Of a stretch of 64,000 nt of DNA, positions 16,882 to 25,968 are shown piece by piece (the stretch's first letter is position 1; each line of letters opens with the position of its first letter). Source of the DNA: Antricoccus suffuscus (lineage in GTDB: Bacteria; Actinomycetota; Actinomycetes; Mycobacteriales; Antricoccaceae). The notes below the pieces were generated by a model. That model had not been told where the DNA came from. It saw only the letters and a list, made by a program, of their open reading frames with translations, and did not search any database. Both the position numbers and the translations under genes were made by a program. The stretch is taken from NCBI RefSeq assembly GCF_003003235.1, contig NZ_PVUE01000003.1, positions 181,150-245,149 on the forward strand. Reading direction: 5' to 3'.

Positions 16882-19353
16882 CTATGGAGCGGCGTATCTT
16901 TCGCGGACGGCGAGGCGGCGCTCAAGCTCGTCGGTCATGTCGACGACGGTACGACGCAGCGAACCTTCGAGGCCCTCGGTCTGGATCAGCGCCCGACACT
17001 GGTCCAGCGTGCCCGGTGACAGTGACGTGATCGGAAAGAACCATCCTGCGGCATCGGCCAACACCCATCCGCTGCGGACCGCCACAGTGCCTGGTAACTC
17101 GGCGAAGTAGCGCTCTACGTACGGCTCCGTCAGGGACTCCTGGCCGGTCCGCCACATGGCAGTTCCGGCCGCCTCGAGTTCGTAGTTGGGTACGTCGTCC
17201 TCGCCGGTGAACCGCCGCCACGCCCAATCCTTGGCCTCGGCGTCTGGAAGCGAGGCGACGGCGCGCGTATGTTCGACGATTGCCCGTGCCGTGGAGTCGA
17301 CCTCGAGCGCCTTCGCCAAGTCGTCGCGGTCAGTCTCGCCGAGAACGGCAAGGCGCACCAGGATCCGCCACCGTAGGTCCAGATCGATGCGCAGTCCGGC
17401 CGGCAGCGAGCGTCCCGACAGCCATGCGCGAAGTTTGGCTGGATCTGTCGATGAGCTTGCGGCGGACTGGAAAGCGGATAGTTGCAACGTCGAGTCTGCG
17501 GGCGCATTGTCCAGCAGCGCAAGGCAAGCGCGGTGAATGCGTCCGAGCGCTAGGGGTTGATCGGCCGAAAGCGCGGCGACCTTGCCGATCGCCCACGGCA
17601 TCGTGGCGCCGATCGCGTCGTCGTTGTCCTCGACCGGGATTGCAGCCTCGACGAGTGAGAGCACCTGTGCGGGATCGATGGCTGCGTTGTGGAATGCGCT
17701 GCGTACGCCGTTCCAGACTCCCGCCCGCATCAGTCCGTCCGTGGTTCTCGGGAGCAGTTCGACAAGGGCGTCCACGGTGGTGGCGTCCGGTTGGACGAGC
17801 GCCCAGGTGTCCTCGTGGGGATCGAGTACGACGGCGGCATCCGACGGTGCGGCGTACGGCGTGTCCGGCCCGTCGACGGTGATGGTGTCGATGCGCCAGT
17901 CCTCGCCTGGGGCCGCGACGCCGACCCGTAGGGTGTGCCGGCGATCGGCCGGGTAGTCCGACGGGGGAGTACGCCGTACTGCTCCCGCTGAGCGATCCAG
18001 CGCGAGTGTGTCGGGTCCGGCGGTGCGCAGCCAGCTGCTGGTGAACGTCGAAAGATCCGCGGCGCCGGCTTTCTCCCAGCTGTTGAAAAGATCGTCCATG
18101 GTCGCGTTGCCGAATCGGTGCGTTGTGAAATGGTCGATCGCGCCGCGCATGAACACGTCGTCGCCGATCGCCGTGTTGAGCTGCTTAAGAATGCTCGAGC
18201 CTTTTGTATAAGAGATGCCGTCGAAGTTCTGCAGCGCGGTCGAAGCGTCGGCCGCGCCGTTTCCCGCAACCGGATGAGTGCTTGGCCGCTGGTCGGCGAT
18301 GAGTCCCCATTGGCGTCGGGCGAAGGCATTGTGGGTCCACGCATCTGCGTACTCGGTGACGTCGGCGGTCACTCGATTGCCCATATATTCGGCAAACGAC
18401 TCGTTGAGCCACAAGTCGTCCCACCACTGCGGTGTAACCAGGTTGCCAAACCATTGGTGTGCCATTTCATGGGCTAGCGTCGTCGCACGCCGAATTCGGT
18501 CTCCTCGGGTGACCCGACTGGAGAAGACAAGCGGGTCACGGAAAGTCACGCATCCCGGGTTCTCCATCGCGCCGGCGTTGAACTCCGGGACGAATGCCTG
18601 GTGATAGTCGCCGAACGGGTAGCGAATCCCAAAGAGCCGGTGGTATTCATCGAAGCATTGCCGGGTCATCGTCAAGAGCTCGTCTGCGTCGGTGTCGAGA
18701 TCCTTGGCGATGCTCTGTCGGGCCGAGAGTCCGAGTGGTATTCCGTCATGTTCGTCGCGGATCAGGTAATAGGGCCCCGCGACCAGGGTGACGAAGTACG
18801 TCGACAGCGGCTGACTTTTCGCGAACTCCCACACTCCGGTGGAAACTTGTTCGCCCGGCGCGTTGCCCACGACGATCCAGTCGGGTGGCGCGGTGACGTG
18901 GAACGTGTACGGCGCCTTCAGATCCGGTTGGTCGAAACACGCGAAGATGCTTGGCGCGGCGTCCATGAAGGACATCCCATAGACGTAGTGCCGCCCGTCC
19001 GCCGGATCGACGCTGCGGTGCAGGCCCTCGCCATCGTTGCGGAAGCGCATCACCGCGTCGACGGTCAGCTCGTTCGGTCCGTCGATCGTCTCCAGCGGCA
19101 GCCGGCCGCGATCCAGCAGGTCGGCATCGATAGCTCGACCGTTCAAGCGAATATCGTTGATCCGTAAGGGTTTCAGATCCACGAACGTGCGTCCACCGTG
19201 ACTGTCGAAGCGGACCGTCGTGACCGAGCGGTACGTCGCATCATCGGCGGCGAGGTCCAGCCGCACGTCGTACGACCGCACAGTCAATAGCTCGGATCGG
19301 GCCTGTGCCTCAGTGTGTTGAAGGCTGTAAAAGGGAGCGTCGGTAGTAGCCAC
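16882..19353 (-). CDS. pepN: Aminopeptidase N (M1 family)
   Basis: Zinc motif HEMAHQWFGNLVT ... WLNESFAEY and GAMEN motif (NAGAMENPG). Confidence 0.9.
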   Translation of the reverse strand: MATTDAPFYSLQHTEAQARSELLTVRSYDVRLDLAADDATYRSVTTVRFDSHGGRTFVDLKPLRINDIRLNGRAIDADLLDRGRLPLETIDGPNELTVDAVMRFRNDGEGLHRSVDPADGRHYVYGMSFMDAAPSIFACFDQPDLKAPYTFHVTAPPDWIVVGNAPGEQVSTGVWEFAKSQPLSTYFVTLVAGPYYLIRDEHDGIPLGLSARQSIAKDLDTDADELLTMTRQCFDEYHRLFGIRYPFGDYHQAFVPEFNAGAMENPGCVTFRDPLVFSSRVTRGDRIRRATTLAHEMAHQWFGNLVTPQWWDDLWLNESFAEYMGNRVTADVTEYADAWTHNAFARRQWGLIADQRPSTHPVAGNGAADASTALQNFDGISYTKGSSILKQLNTAIGDDVFMRGAIDHFTTHRFGNATMDDLFNSWEKAGAADLSTFTSSWLRTAGPDTLALDRSAGAVRRTPPSDYPADRRHTLRVGVAAPGEDWRIDTITVDGPDTPYAAPSDAAVVLDPHEDTWALVQPDATTVDALVELLPRTTDGLMRAGVWNGVRSAFHNAAIDPAQVLSLVEAAIPVEDNDDAIGATMPWAIGKVAALSADQPLALGRIHRACLALLDNAPADSTLQLSAFQSAASSSTDPAKLRAWLSGRSLPAGLRIDLDLRWRILVRLAVLGETDRDDLAKALEVDSTARAIVEHTRAVASLPDAEAKDWAWRRFTGEDDVPNYELEAAGTAMWRTGQESLTEPYVERYFAELPGTVAVRSGWVLADAAGWFFPITSLSPGTLDQCRALIQTEGLEGSLRRTVVDMTDELERRLAVRERYAAP

Positions 19354-19362
19354 CCAACCACC

Positions 19363-20145
19363 TTAGTGTCGGATGCGGTGACCAACGGCAAAAAATCGGC
19401 GGAACGGGAAGACCGTGCCGTAGGGGCGGGCGGGGTACGCCGCCCGCAGCCGCGTTCCGAGGTCGTCGAGGAAGTCGGCCGTATCAACGGTAGAAAGGCG
19501 ATCGAGTACGGGTCGCAGCGCCGTACCCTTGACCCATTCGAGCACTGGATCGTCGCCGGGTAGTACTTGGTTGTACGTCGTCTCCCATGTGTCGACCGCG
19601 AGGCCCTCGGCCGCGAAAATGTCGCCATAGCCATCGGGGGTGAGCACGGGATCGTGCCGTAGCGCGAAGTCCGGGCCGAGCGCGGTGGCCCAGCGTTCCT
19701 CGGCGACCACCTCGCGGATGATGCGGTGCGACGGGGCGTCGAAGTTGCCCGGCACCTGGATCGCGAGCCAGCCATCGATCGGCAGATCCGAGGCGATAGC
19801 GGTCAGAATCGTTTCGTGCCCCTCGACCCACTGGTACGCGGCGTTGGAGACCACCACGTCGTACGACGTGCCGGGCATGAAAGTAGTGAGATCGGCCTGC
19901 CGGAAGGTGACCGGATAGTCGCCCGCGGCGGCCTGGGTGAGCATCGTCTCCGAGCTGTCGACCCCTTCGACTGTGGCATTGGGCCACCGATCAGCCAGCG
20001 TCGCAGTCAGCTCGCCGGAGCCGCAGCCCAGGTCGATCACGCGGCCGGGGTCGGCGTCGATCCGGGCGACCAGGTCGAAGAACGGCCGGGACCGGTGGTC
20101 GGCGAAACGACCGTATTGCTGGGGATCCCAACCAAACTTCGCCAT
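19363..20145 (-). CDS. tam: Trans-aconitate 2-methyltransferase
   Basis: SAM-binding motif VIDLGCGSGELT and overall similarity to E. coli Tam. ATG at 20145 with AAGGAGG 8 nt upstream. Confidence 0.8.
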   Translation of the reverse strand: MAKFGWDPQQYGRFADHRSRPFFDLVARIDADPGRVIDLGCGSGELTATLADRWPNATVEGVDSSETMLTQAAAGDYPVTFRQADLTTFMPGTSYDVVVSNAAYQWVEGHETILTAIASDLPIDGWLAIQVPGNFDAPSHRIIREVVAEERWATALGPDFALRHDPVLTPDGYGDIFAAEGLAVDTWETTYNQVLPGDDPVLEWVKGTALRPVLDRLSTVDTADFLDDLGTRLRAAYPARPYGTVFPFRRFFAVGHRIRH

Positions 20146-20232
20146 TGCAGATGCCTCCTTGACGTCCGTCATAGACACTAGCCTCGGCGTACTCCAAACC
20201 GGGCGCCTGTATGGTCCCGCGCGGAGGTACCA

Positions 20233-21582
20233 ATGACAATCGTCGAGTTTGACACCATCGAGCGGCTACTACGGGACGAGGATCTCGCGGGCGTCACCTC
20301 CGTGCTCTCCACGATGTCGGTGGCGGAAATCCTCGCCGCGATGCGCCGGCTGCGATCGAACCGGCAAGCGCTGCTGTACCGGCTGCTCGACAAGGACGTC
20401 GCGATGGCGGTCTTCGAACGGCTCGCACCGGCTGTGCAGACCGAGCTGGTTGCCGGGCTACGCGACGAGGAGCTCGTCAGCCTCGTTGAGGACCTTGACC
20501 CCGACGACCGTGTGCTGTTGTTCGATGAGCTGCCCGCCCAGGTCGCGGATCGTCTGCTGCATGGTCTATCCCCGCAAGAACGTCGCCTGACCACGCCGAT
20601 GCTCGGATACCCGCAGGGGTCGACAGGGCGTCGGATGAGTCCCGAATACGTGCGGGTAAAGCCGACCATGACCGTCGCCGAGACGTTGGACCGCGTACGC
20701 CGGGTCGGGTCGGACGTCGAGACGGTCTACACACTGATGGTGACCGACGAGGTACGTCATCTCGTCGGCGTCGTCGCGCTGGACGACGTCGTGCTTGCCT
20801 CCGAGTCCACCCCGATCGGTGAGATCTACCGAGAGACGGCCAGCGTCACGGCGATCAGCAACGCCGAGGACGCGGCTCGCCTGTGTGCTGACCTCCGGGC
20901 GATCGCGCTACCGGTCGTCGACAGCGAGCAGCGGCTGATCGGGATCTTGTCCATCGACGATGCGTTGACGATCTTGGAGGACGCCGAGTCCGAGGACGCC
21001 GCCCGCGCCGGTGGCGCCGAGCCGCTGCGGCGTCCGTATCTCTCGACACCGATCCATCGCCTGGTTCGCGCGCGAACGGTCTGGCTCCTAGTGCTTGCGG
21101 TGTCGGCGATGCTGACCGTAGGCGTCCTCGAACGGTTCGAGGCGACCCTCGGCGAGGCCGTCGTGCTCGCGCTGTTCATTCCGCTGCTGACTGGCATCGG
21201 TGGCAATACCGGGTCGCAAGCGGCGAGCACGCTCACCCGGGCGCTGGCCGTCGCCGACGTACGACCGGCCGACATCGGTCGGGTCGTCATGCGCGAGGCG
21301 CAGGTCGGGTTGACCATGGGCGCGGTGCTCGGCGCCCTCGGATGGTGCATTGCCACGCCGATCTATGGCGTGGACATCGGCAACATCATCGCCTTGACTT
21401 TGCTCAGCGTCTGCACGATTGCCGCAGTCGTCGGCGGCGCGATGCCGCTGCTGGCCAAGACGCTCCGAGTGGACCCGGCCGTATTCAGCACACCGTTTAT
21501 CAGCACGTTCTGCGATGCGACCGGGCTGCTCATCTACTTCACCATCGCCTCGGCGATCCTTGGGCTCGGTTCGGGCTCGTAG
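20233..21582 (+). CDS. mgtE: Magnesium transporter MgtE
   Basis: MgtE N-domain, tandem CBS domains and C-terminal membrane domain (GIGGNTGSQAAS). Confidence 0.9.
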   Translation: MTIVEFDTIERLLRDEDLAGVTSVLSTMSVAEILAAMRRLRSNRQALLYRLLDKDVAMAVFERLAPAVQTELVAGLRDEELVSLVEDLDPDDRVLLFDELPAQVADRLLHGLSPQERRLTTPMLGYPQGSTGRRMSPEYVRVKPTMTVAETLDRVRRVGSDVETVYTLMVTDEVRHLVGVVALDDVVLASESTPIGEIYRETASVTAISNAEDAARLCADLRAIALPVVDSEQRLIGILSIDDALTILEDAESEDAARAGGAEPLRRPYLSTPIHRLVRARTVWLLVLAVSAMLTVGVLERFEATLGEAVVLALFIPLLTGIGGNTGSQAASTLTRALAVADVRPADIGRVVMREAQVGLTMGAVLGALGWCIATPIYGVDIGNIIALTLLSVCTIAAVVGGAMPLLAKTLRVDPAVFSTPFISTFCDATGLLIYFTIASAILGLGSGS

Positions 21583-21659
21583 ACGCTGTAGAGAAGCTGA
21601 GCAGTCACCACGGTCCGCCTCCTCCTGCGAGGATGGCCGCTAACCTGGACTAGACCAGC

Positions 21660-22349
21660 ATGTCCGTCCTCCTGCTATTACGAAGTGGTTGCATGAATAT
21701 CGACGCGATTCTCACGAGCATCCCAGTGGCTCTCGTGTATGTGTTGGTCGCGTTGTTTGTCGGCGTCGAGAGCCTGGGTATCCCGCTGCCGGGCGAGATA
21801 GTGCTCGTGGCCGCGGCGCTCTTGTCCTCGCACCCGGGCCTCGGTGTGTCGCCAATCTGGGTCGCCGTTGCCGGCATCCTCGGCGCCGCTGTAGGCGACA
21901 GCATCGGATACGGCATCGGGCATCGGTACGGGCGAAGACTTTTCGCGGTGATGGGTCGACGATTCCCCAAGCACGTCAACGATGACACCGTGGCGTACGC
22001 CGAGCACATCTTTCGTCGGTTCGGCGTACTCGCGGTGTTTTTCGGCCGGTTCATCGCGCTGCTGCGGATCTTCGCCGGCCCCCTGGCCGGCATGCTGCGG
22101 ATGCACTACCGCCGTTTCCTCGCGGCCAACATCGCGGGCGCGGTGTGCTGGGCCGGCGGTACGACGCTACTGATCTACCTGCTCGGAACCGTCGCCGACC
22201 GATGGCTCAAGGACTTCTCCTGGGTCGCCCTTCTGATCGCGGTCGTCGTCGGCATCGCCGCGGCGGTCCTACTGCGGCACCGAGTCGAACGCAACATGCA
22301 CGCGTTTATCGAGTCCCGGCGCACCGGGAGCGTCGATCAGGCCGAGTAG
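21660..22349 (+). CDS. DedA / SNARE-associated family membrane protein
   Basis: DedA core (ESLGIPLPGEIVLV ... GDSIGYGIGHRYGRRL). Confidence 0.8.
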   Translation: MSVLLLLRSGCMNIDAILTSIPVALVYVLVALFVGVESLGIPLPGEIVLVAAALLSSHPGLGVSPIWVAVAGILGAAVGDSIGYGIGHRYGRRLFAVMGRRFPKHVNDDTVAYAEHIFRRFGVLAVFFGRFIALLRIFAGPLAGMLRMHYRRFLAANIAGAVCWAGGTTLLIYLLGTVADRWLKDFSWVALLIAVVVGIAAAVLLRHRVERNMHAFIESRRTGSVDQAE

Positions 22350-23158
22350 GTCACGGTGAGGGGCGCGTGGTCGCTCCACCGTTCGGCGTACGTCGTCGCG
22401 CGACCTACCTCCGCGGCGACCGAGCGGTTCGCCAGGCCGCGCGTCGCGAGTTGATAGTCGATCCGCCAGCCGGTGTCGTTGTCGAAGGCCTGACCACGCC
22501 AGGTCCACCAGGTATAGGGACCTGGTCCGATGCCGCCATGCTTGCGACCGAGGTCGACCCATGCGCCGTCGAGTTCTTCGCCGCCGAGCCAGCGGTCGAA
22601 GTAGGCGCGCTCGTCCTCGAGAAATCCGGCCTTGCCGCGGTTGCCGCGCCAGTTCTTCATGTCGACCTCGCGGTGCGCGACATTGAGATCCCCGGTGATG
22701 AGCGCTTCACCTGCGCCACGGGCGGCACGCTGCGCGAACTGGTCCATGCGTACGTGCATCGCGTCCATAAACCGGTACTTGTCCGCTTGCTTCGGGGTGT
22801 CGGCCTCGCCGGTGTGGGTGTACGCCGACACGACCGTCAGCAGACTGTCACCGTCGACGAAGTCAGCCTCGACCCACCGCCCGTCGGTCTCGAACTCACC
22901 GAGCCCGGTCCGGACCTCGAGAGGTTGCCGCCCGGACAGGATGGCGACGCCCGCGCGGCCGGCCTGATCGGACGGCGCGTGTGCGACTTGCATGTCTGCC
23001 AGGGGCGAGTCGCTGAGCGCAGCGGCGAGCTGCTTGTCGTTTGCACGCACCTCCTGCAGGCAGATGATGTGCGGATCACGGTCGGCTAGCCACTTCACTC
23101 CGCCGCGCCGTTGCGCGGCGCGGATTCCGTTGACGTTGGCGGAGATGACGGTGAGCAA
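22337..23158 (-). CDS. xthA: Exodeoxyribonuclease III
   Basis: ExoIII/APE1 motifs (ISANVNGIRAA, ICLQEV, ITGDLNVAHREVD, WSDHAPLTV). Probable TTG start at 23158 with GAAGGA upstream. The longer N-terminal extension in the ORF track is Arg/Pro-rich and was not called as coding. Confidence 0.85.
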   Translation of the reverse strand: MLTVISANVNGIRAAQRRGGVKWLADRDPHIICLQEVRANDKQLAAALSDSPLADMQVAHAPSDQAGRAGVAILSGRQPLEVRTGLGEFETDGRWVEADFVDGDSLLTVVSAYTHTGEADTPKQADKYRFMDAMHVRMDQFAQRAARGAGEALITGDLNVAHREVDMKNWRGNRGKAGFLEDERAYFDRWLGGEELDGAWVDLGRKHGGIGPGPYTWWTWRGQAFDNDTGWRIDYQLATRGLANRSVAAEVGRATTYAERWSDHAPLTVTYSA

Positions 23159-23265
23159 AATTCTGGTCCTTCGTACTGATGTGATGATGCGGGCCGGTAC
23201 GGCGGCGTACGCATTCTTTTCCACTTGTGCAAAAGCGACAACGATACATCTGCGGCGTCGGCAAG

Positions 23266-24165
23266 TCAGCGGTGGTGGGCCAGCCGCGCCAGTGTGGTGG
23301 CCACCTCGTTGGGTCGATAGTCGCGGCGGCTCACCATGCGCAGCAGTCGGCGCAGGTCGAGCCCGTGGACGGGGACCTCGACAAGCCGGCTGTCGGCGAG
23401 TTCGGCCGCGACCGCAAGCTGGCTGATCACCGTGCACCCGGCGCCGGACGCGACGCTGATCTTGACCGCAGCGTTGCTGTCCAGCTCAAGCAGGTCGACG
23501 GCGTCGAGATTGCCGAGCGCACGCTCGAGCACCTCGCGGGTGCCAGAGCCCACCTCGCGGACGACGAGCTGGCTGGCGGCGAGCTCTTTGCGCGTGACGG
23601 CGCTCGCACGACCGGCGAAGGGATGTCCCGGTGCGACCACCAGTCGCAGCTCGTCGCGTCGTACTGTCGTCGCGGTCAGATCGGCTGGTACGCCGGGGGA
23701 CTCGACAAAGCCGACGTCGCAGCTGCTGGCACGGACCGCGTCGATGACGCCCGCGGAGTTCATGACTTCGAGCCGGACCGCGGCGTCGGGCATCGCGGTG
23801 CGCAGCTTCGCGAGCCAGATCGGGACCAGATACTCGGCGATCGTCTGGCTTGCCGCGACTCGTAGTGTGCCGGTGTGCGCCGCGCGCAGGGCCGCCGATC
23901 CGGTCAGGAGTGCCTCGGTGGCCTCAAGCACCCCACGCGCCCATTCGGTGACGACCCGCCCGTTATCGGTGAGGGAAGAACCGCGGGTGCTACGTCGCAA
24001 CAGCTCGACGCCGAGCCGTCGTTCGAGTACGGCGATCCGCTTGCTCGCTGATGGCTGGGTAATGCCTTCCCGGCGGGCGGCCGCGCCGATCGAACCGCAG
24101 TCGGCAATCACCACGAGAAGTCGGATCGCATCGAGGTCCGGTAACGGACGACCCACTTCAGTCAT
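23266..24165 (-). CDS. LysR-family transcriptional regulator
   Basis: N-terminal HTH (LDAIRLLVVIADCGSIGAAARREGITQPSASKRIAVLE) plus substrate-binding domain. Divergent from the metallophosphoesterase gene. Confidence 0.85.
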   Translation of the reverse strand: MTEVGRPLPDLDAIRLLVVIADCGSIGAAARREGITQPSASKRIAVLERRLGVELLRRSTRGSSLTDNGRVVTEWARGVLEATEALLTGSAALRAAHTGTLRVAASQTIAEYLVPIWLAKLRTAMPDAAVRLEVMNSAGVIDAVRASSCDVGFVESPGVPADLTATTVRRDELRLVVAPGHPFAGRASAVTRKELAASQLVVREVGSGTREVLERALGNLDAVDLLELDSNAAVKISVASGAGCTVISQLAVAAELADSRLVEVPVHGLDLRRLLRMVSRRDYRPNEVATTLARLAHHR

Positions 24166-24342
24166 AGCCGAAGTCTATGATGCCGCCCGAGCGATCCGTG
24201 ACGTCGTACCGCTTCCGCGTCGGCGGCTCCGGTGTTTGTGACCGAATTTCAAGCAGGCTAAACGCATCAGTAGCGCTGGGGATCGGCTCGTGGTTGGCCG
24301 TCGCACACAAATGTATGGTTCGGCATCGCTGATGACGAAATC

Positions 24343-24357
24343 TTGCTGTCAAACAGC
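24343..24357. promoter_or_regulatory. Candidate LysR-type operator palindrome TGCTGT-caa-ACAGCA in the divergent LysR / phosphoesterase intergenic region
   Basis: Perfect 6-bp inverted repeat with 3-nt spacer, read directly. Position fits a divergent LysR promoter architecture. Confidence 0.35.
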
Positions 24358-24465
24358 ACACTTGTACGACCCGGTTTGTGAATTCGCCCCCGGATTTCGT
24401 GACTGACGAGCGGGAGACGGCTCGGGTCCGGCGGGGTGACGTGGTGCGCCGTTAGGATTACTGCC

Positions 24466-25956
24466 ATGTCCTCGCGCAGCCTGCGTCGCCGCTCTTCGGC
24501 CCGCCTCCTTCCGCAGCGGCTGGCCGGGATGGGACTCGCGCTCGTCGGCACGGGCCTCGGCATGCGCCTTGCCGGACGCTCCCGTATTAACGTTGGTCCG
24601 GCCGTGCTCGACGTGGCTATTGTCTTCGGCCGCTCCGGCGGTACGACGGTGCGGGTCCCGCCGCTTGGCGAGGCGCGGCTGGCTACCCACAAGGGACCGC
24701 TGCGCGCGGATGCGCGCCTGGTCGGAGTGGACGTGACCGTCGTCAGAGAGTTGATCGGCGCTCAAAAATTCGCGCTCGAACTGCCGCCGTTGACGCCCGC
24801 GCTCGTGAAGACCGCCGCACGTTCCGGTCTCGGTGGGGTAGCCGGCGCGGCAGCGCTTGCCGCGATCACGCGTCGTACCGCCGGATCCGCGCTCACAGCG
24901 ACTATTACGTCGGTGGGGGCGCTGGCCGGAGCCGGTGCCGTCGCGGCCGCGTCACTCGACAAACAGTCCTGGCGTACGCCGCACCTGACCGGGCTGCTGA
25001 CCCGGGCGCCGCAGCTGGTCGGGGACGTAAAGCACATCCCGGCACAGTTCTCTCGGTATCGCAAACAACTATCTGAGATCGCGGCCTCCGTGACTGGCGT
25101 GTTCCGCGGACTCGGGGCGCTCCCCGATGCACCGCCGGATGACGCGATCCGGCTCGTGCACCTCTCCGACATCCATAACAACCCGCTTGCGTATGCCGTC
25201 GCCAAGAGCCTTGTCGCGCAGTACGCCGCCGACGCCGTACTCGACACCGGCGATATCGGGGACTGGGGGACGCCGCAAGAGGCCAAGACATTTGAGGACG
25301 TCGGCACGATCGGCGCGCCGTACGTCTTCGTCAAGGGCAACCACGATTCCGACAAGACCCTTGCCGCACTGCGGAAACACGACAACGTGCGGATCCTTGA
25401 CGGCGGCGCGACGACCGACATCGCGGGGCTCACGATCGCCGGCCAGGCGGACCCCCGCTTTACTCCGGACAAGTCGACCGGTGGCGACCACGTCACGAAA
25501 GACGCGCTTGCGGCGGTCGGTCGCCAGTTCGCCGACACCGTGAAGGGGAGGTCCGTCGACATCGCACTGACGCACGACCCGGTCGTCGCGGCGCAGTTGG
25601 CGGGGCTCGTCCCGCTTGTCCTGGCCGGTCACACGCACAAGCGTGGCGAACGCCGGATCGACGGCACGCTACTGCTCACGCAGGGGTCTAGCGGGGGCGC
25701 CGGCCTGCGCGGCGTACGGCAGGTGCCGCCGGACCCGTTGACAGCGTCGGTCCTGCACATCGACCGAAAACGGCACACACTGGTAGCCGTCGATGAATTC
25801 ACGTTTGGCGGGCTGGGGCGGACCGAAGTGTCCCTGGTACGCCGTACCGCGGCGGACCTCGCACCTCCGGCGTCGGAGGCGACGACGCCAGTCACGCAGA
25901 CGACGGGTCAGACGACGATCATGCAGCCCCCGACCGACCAGACCGACCCGATCTAG
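24466..25956 (+). CDS. Membrane-anchored calcineurin-like metallophosphoesterase
   Basis: Metallophosphoesterase motifs (LVHLSDIHNN, DTGDIGDW, VKGNHD, GHTH). N-terminal hydrophobic segments. Start ATG 24466 or 24436. Confidence 0.7.
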   Translation: MSSRSLRRRSSARLLPQRLAGMGLALVGTGLGMRLAGRSRINVGPAVLDVAIVFGRSGGTTVRVPPLGEARLATHKGPLRADARLVGVDVTVVRELIGAQKFALELPPLTPALVKTAARSGLGGVAGAAALAAITRRTAGSALTATITSVGALAGAGAVAAASLDKQSWRTPHLTGLLTRAPQLVGDVKHIPAQFSRYRKQLSEIAASVTGVFRGLGALPDAPPDDAIRLVHLSDIHNNPLAYAVAKSLVAQYAADAVLDTGDIGDWGTPQEAKTFEDVGTIGAPYVFVKGNHDSDKTLAALRKHDNVRILDGGATTDIAGLTIAGQADPRFTPDKSTGGDHVTKDALAAVGRQFADTVKGRSVDIALTHDPVVAAQLAGLVPLVLAGHTHKRGERRIDGTLLLTQGSSGGAGLRGVRQVPPDPLTASVLHIDRKRHTLVAVDEFTFGGLGRTEVSLVRRTAADLAPPASEATTPVTQTTGQTTIMQPPTDQTDPI

Positions 25957-25968
25957 AGAGGGCACGAC

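Noticed and set aside
20146-20232. Possible Mg2+ (M-box / ykoK) riboswitch upstream of mgtE
   Set aside because: The intergenic region is only ~87 bp, too short for the ~160-nt M-box, and no M-box-like conserved stems were seen.
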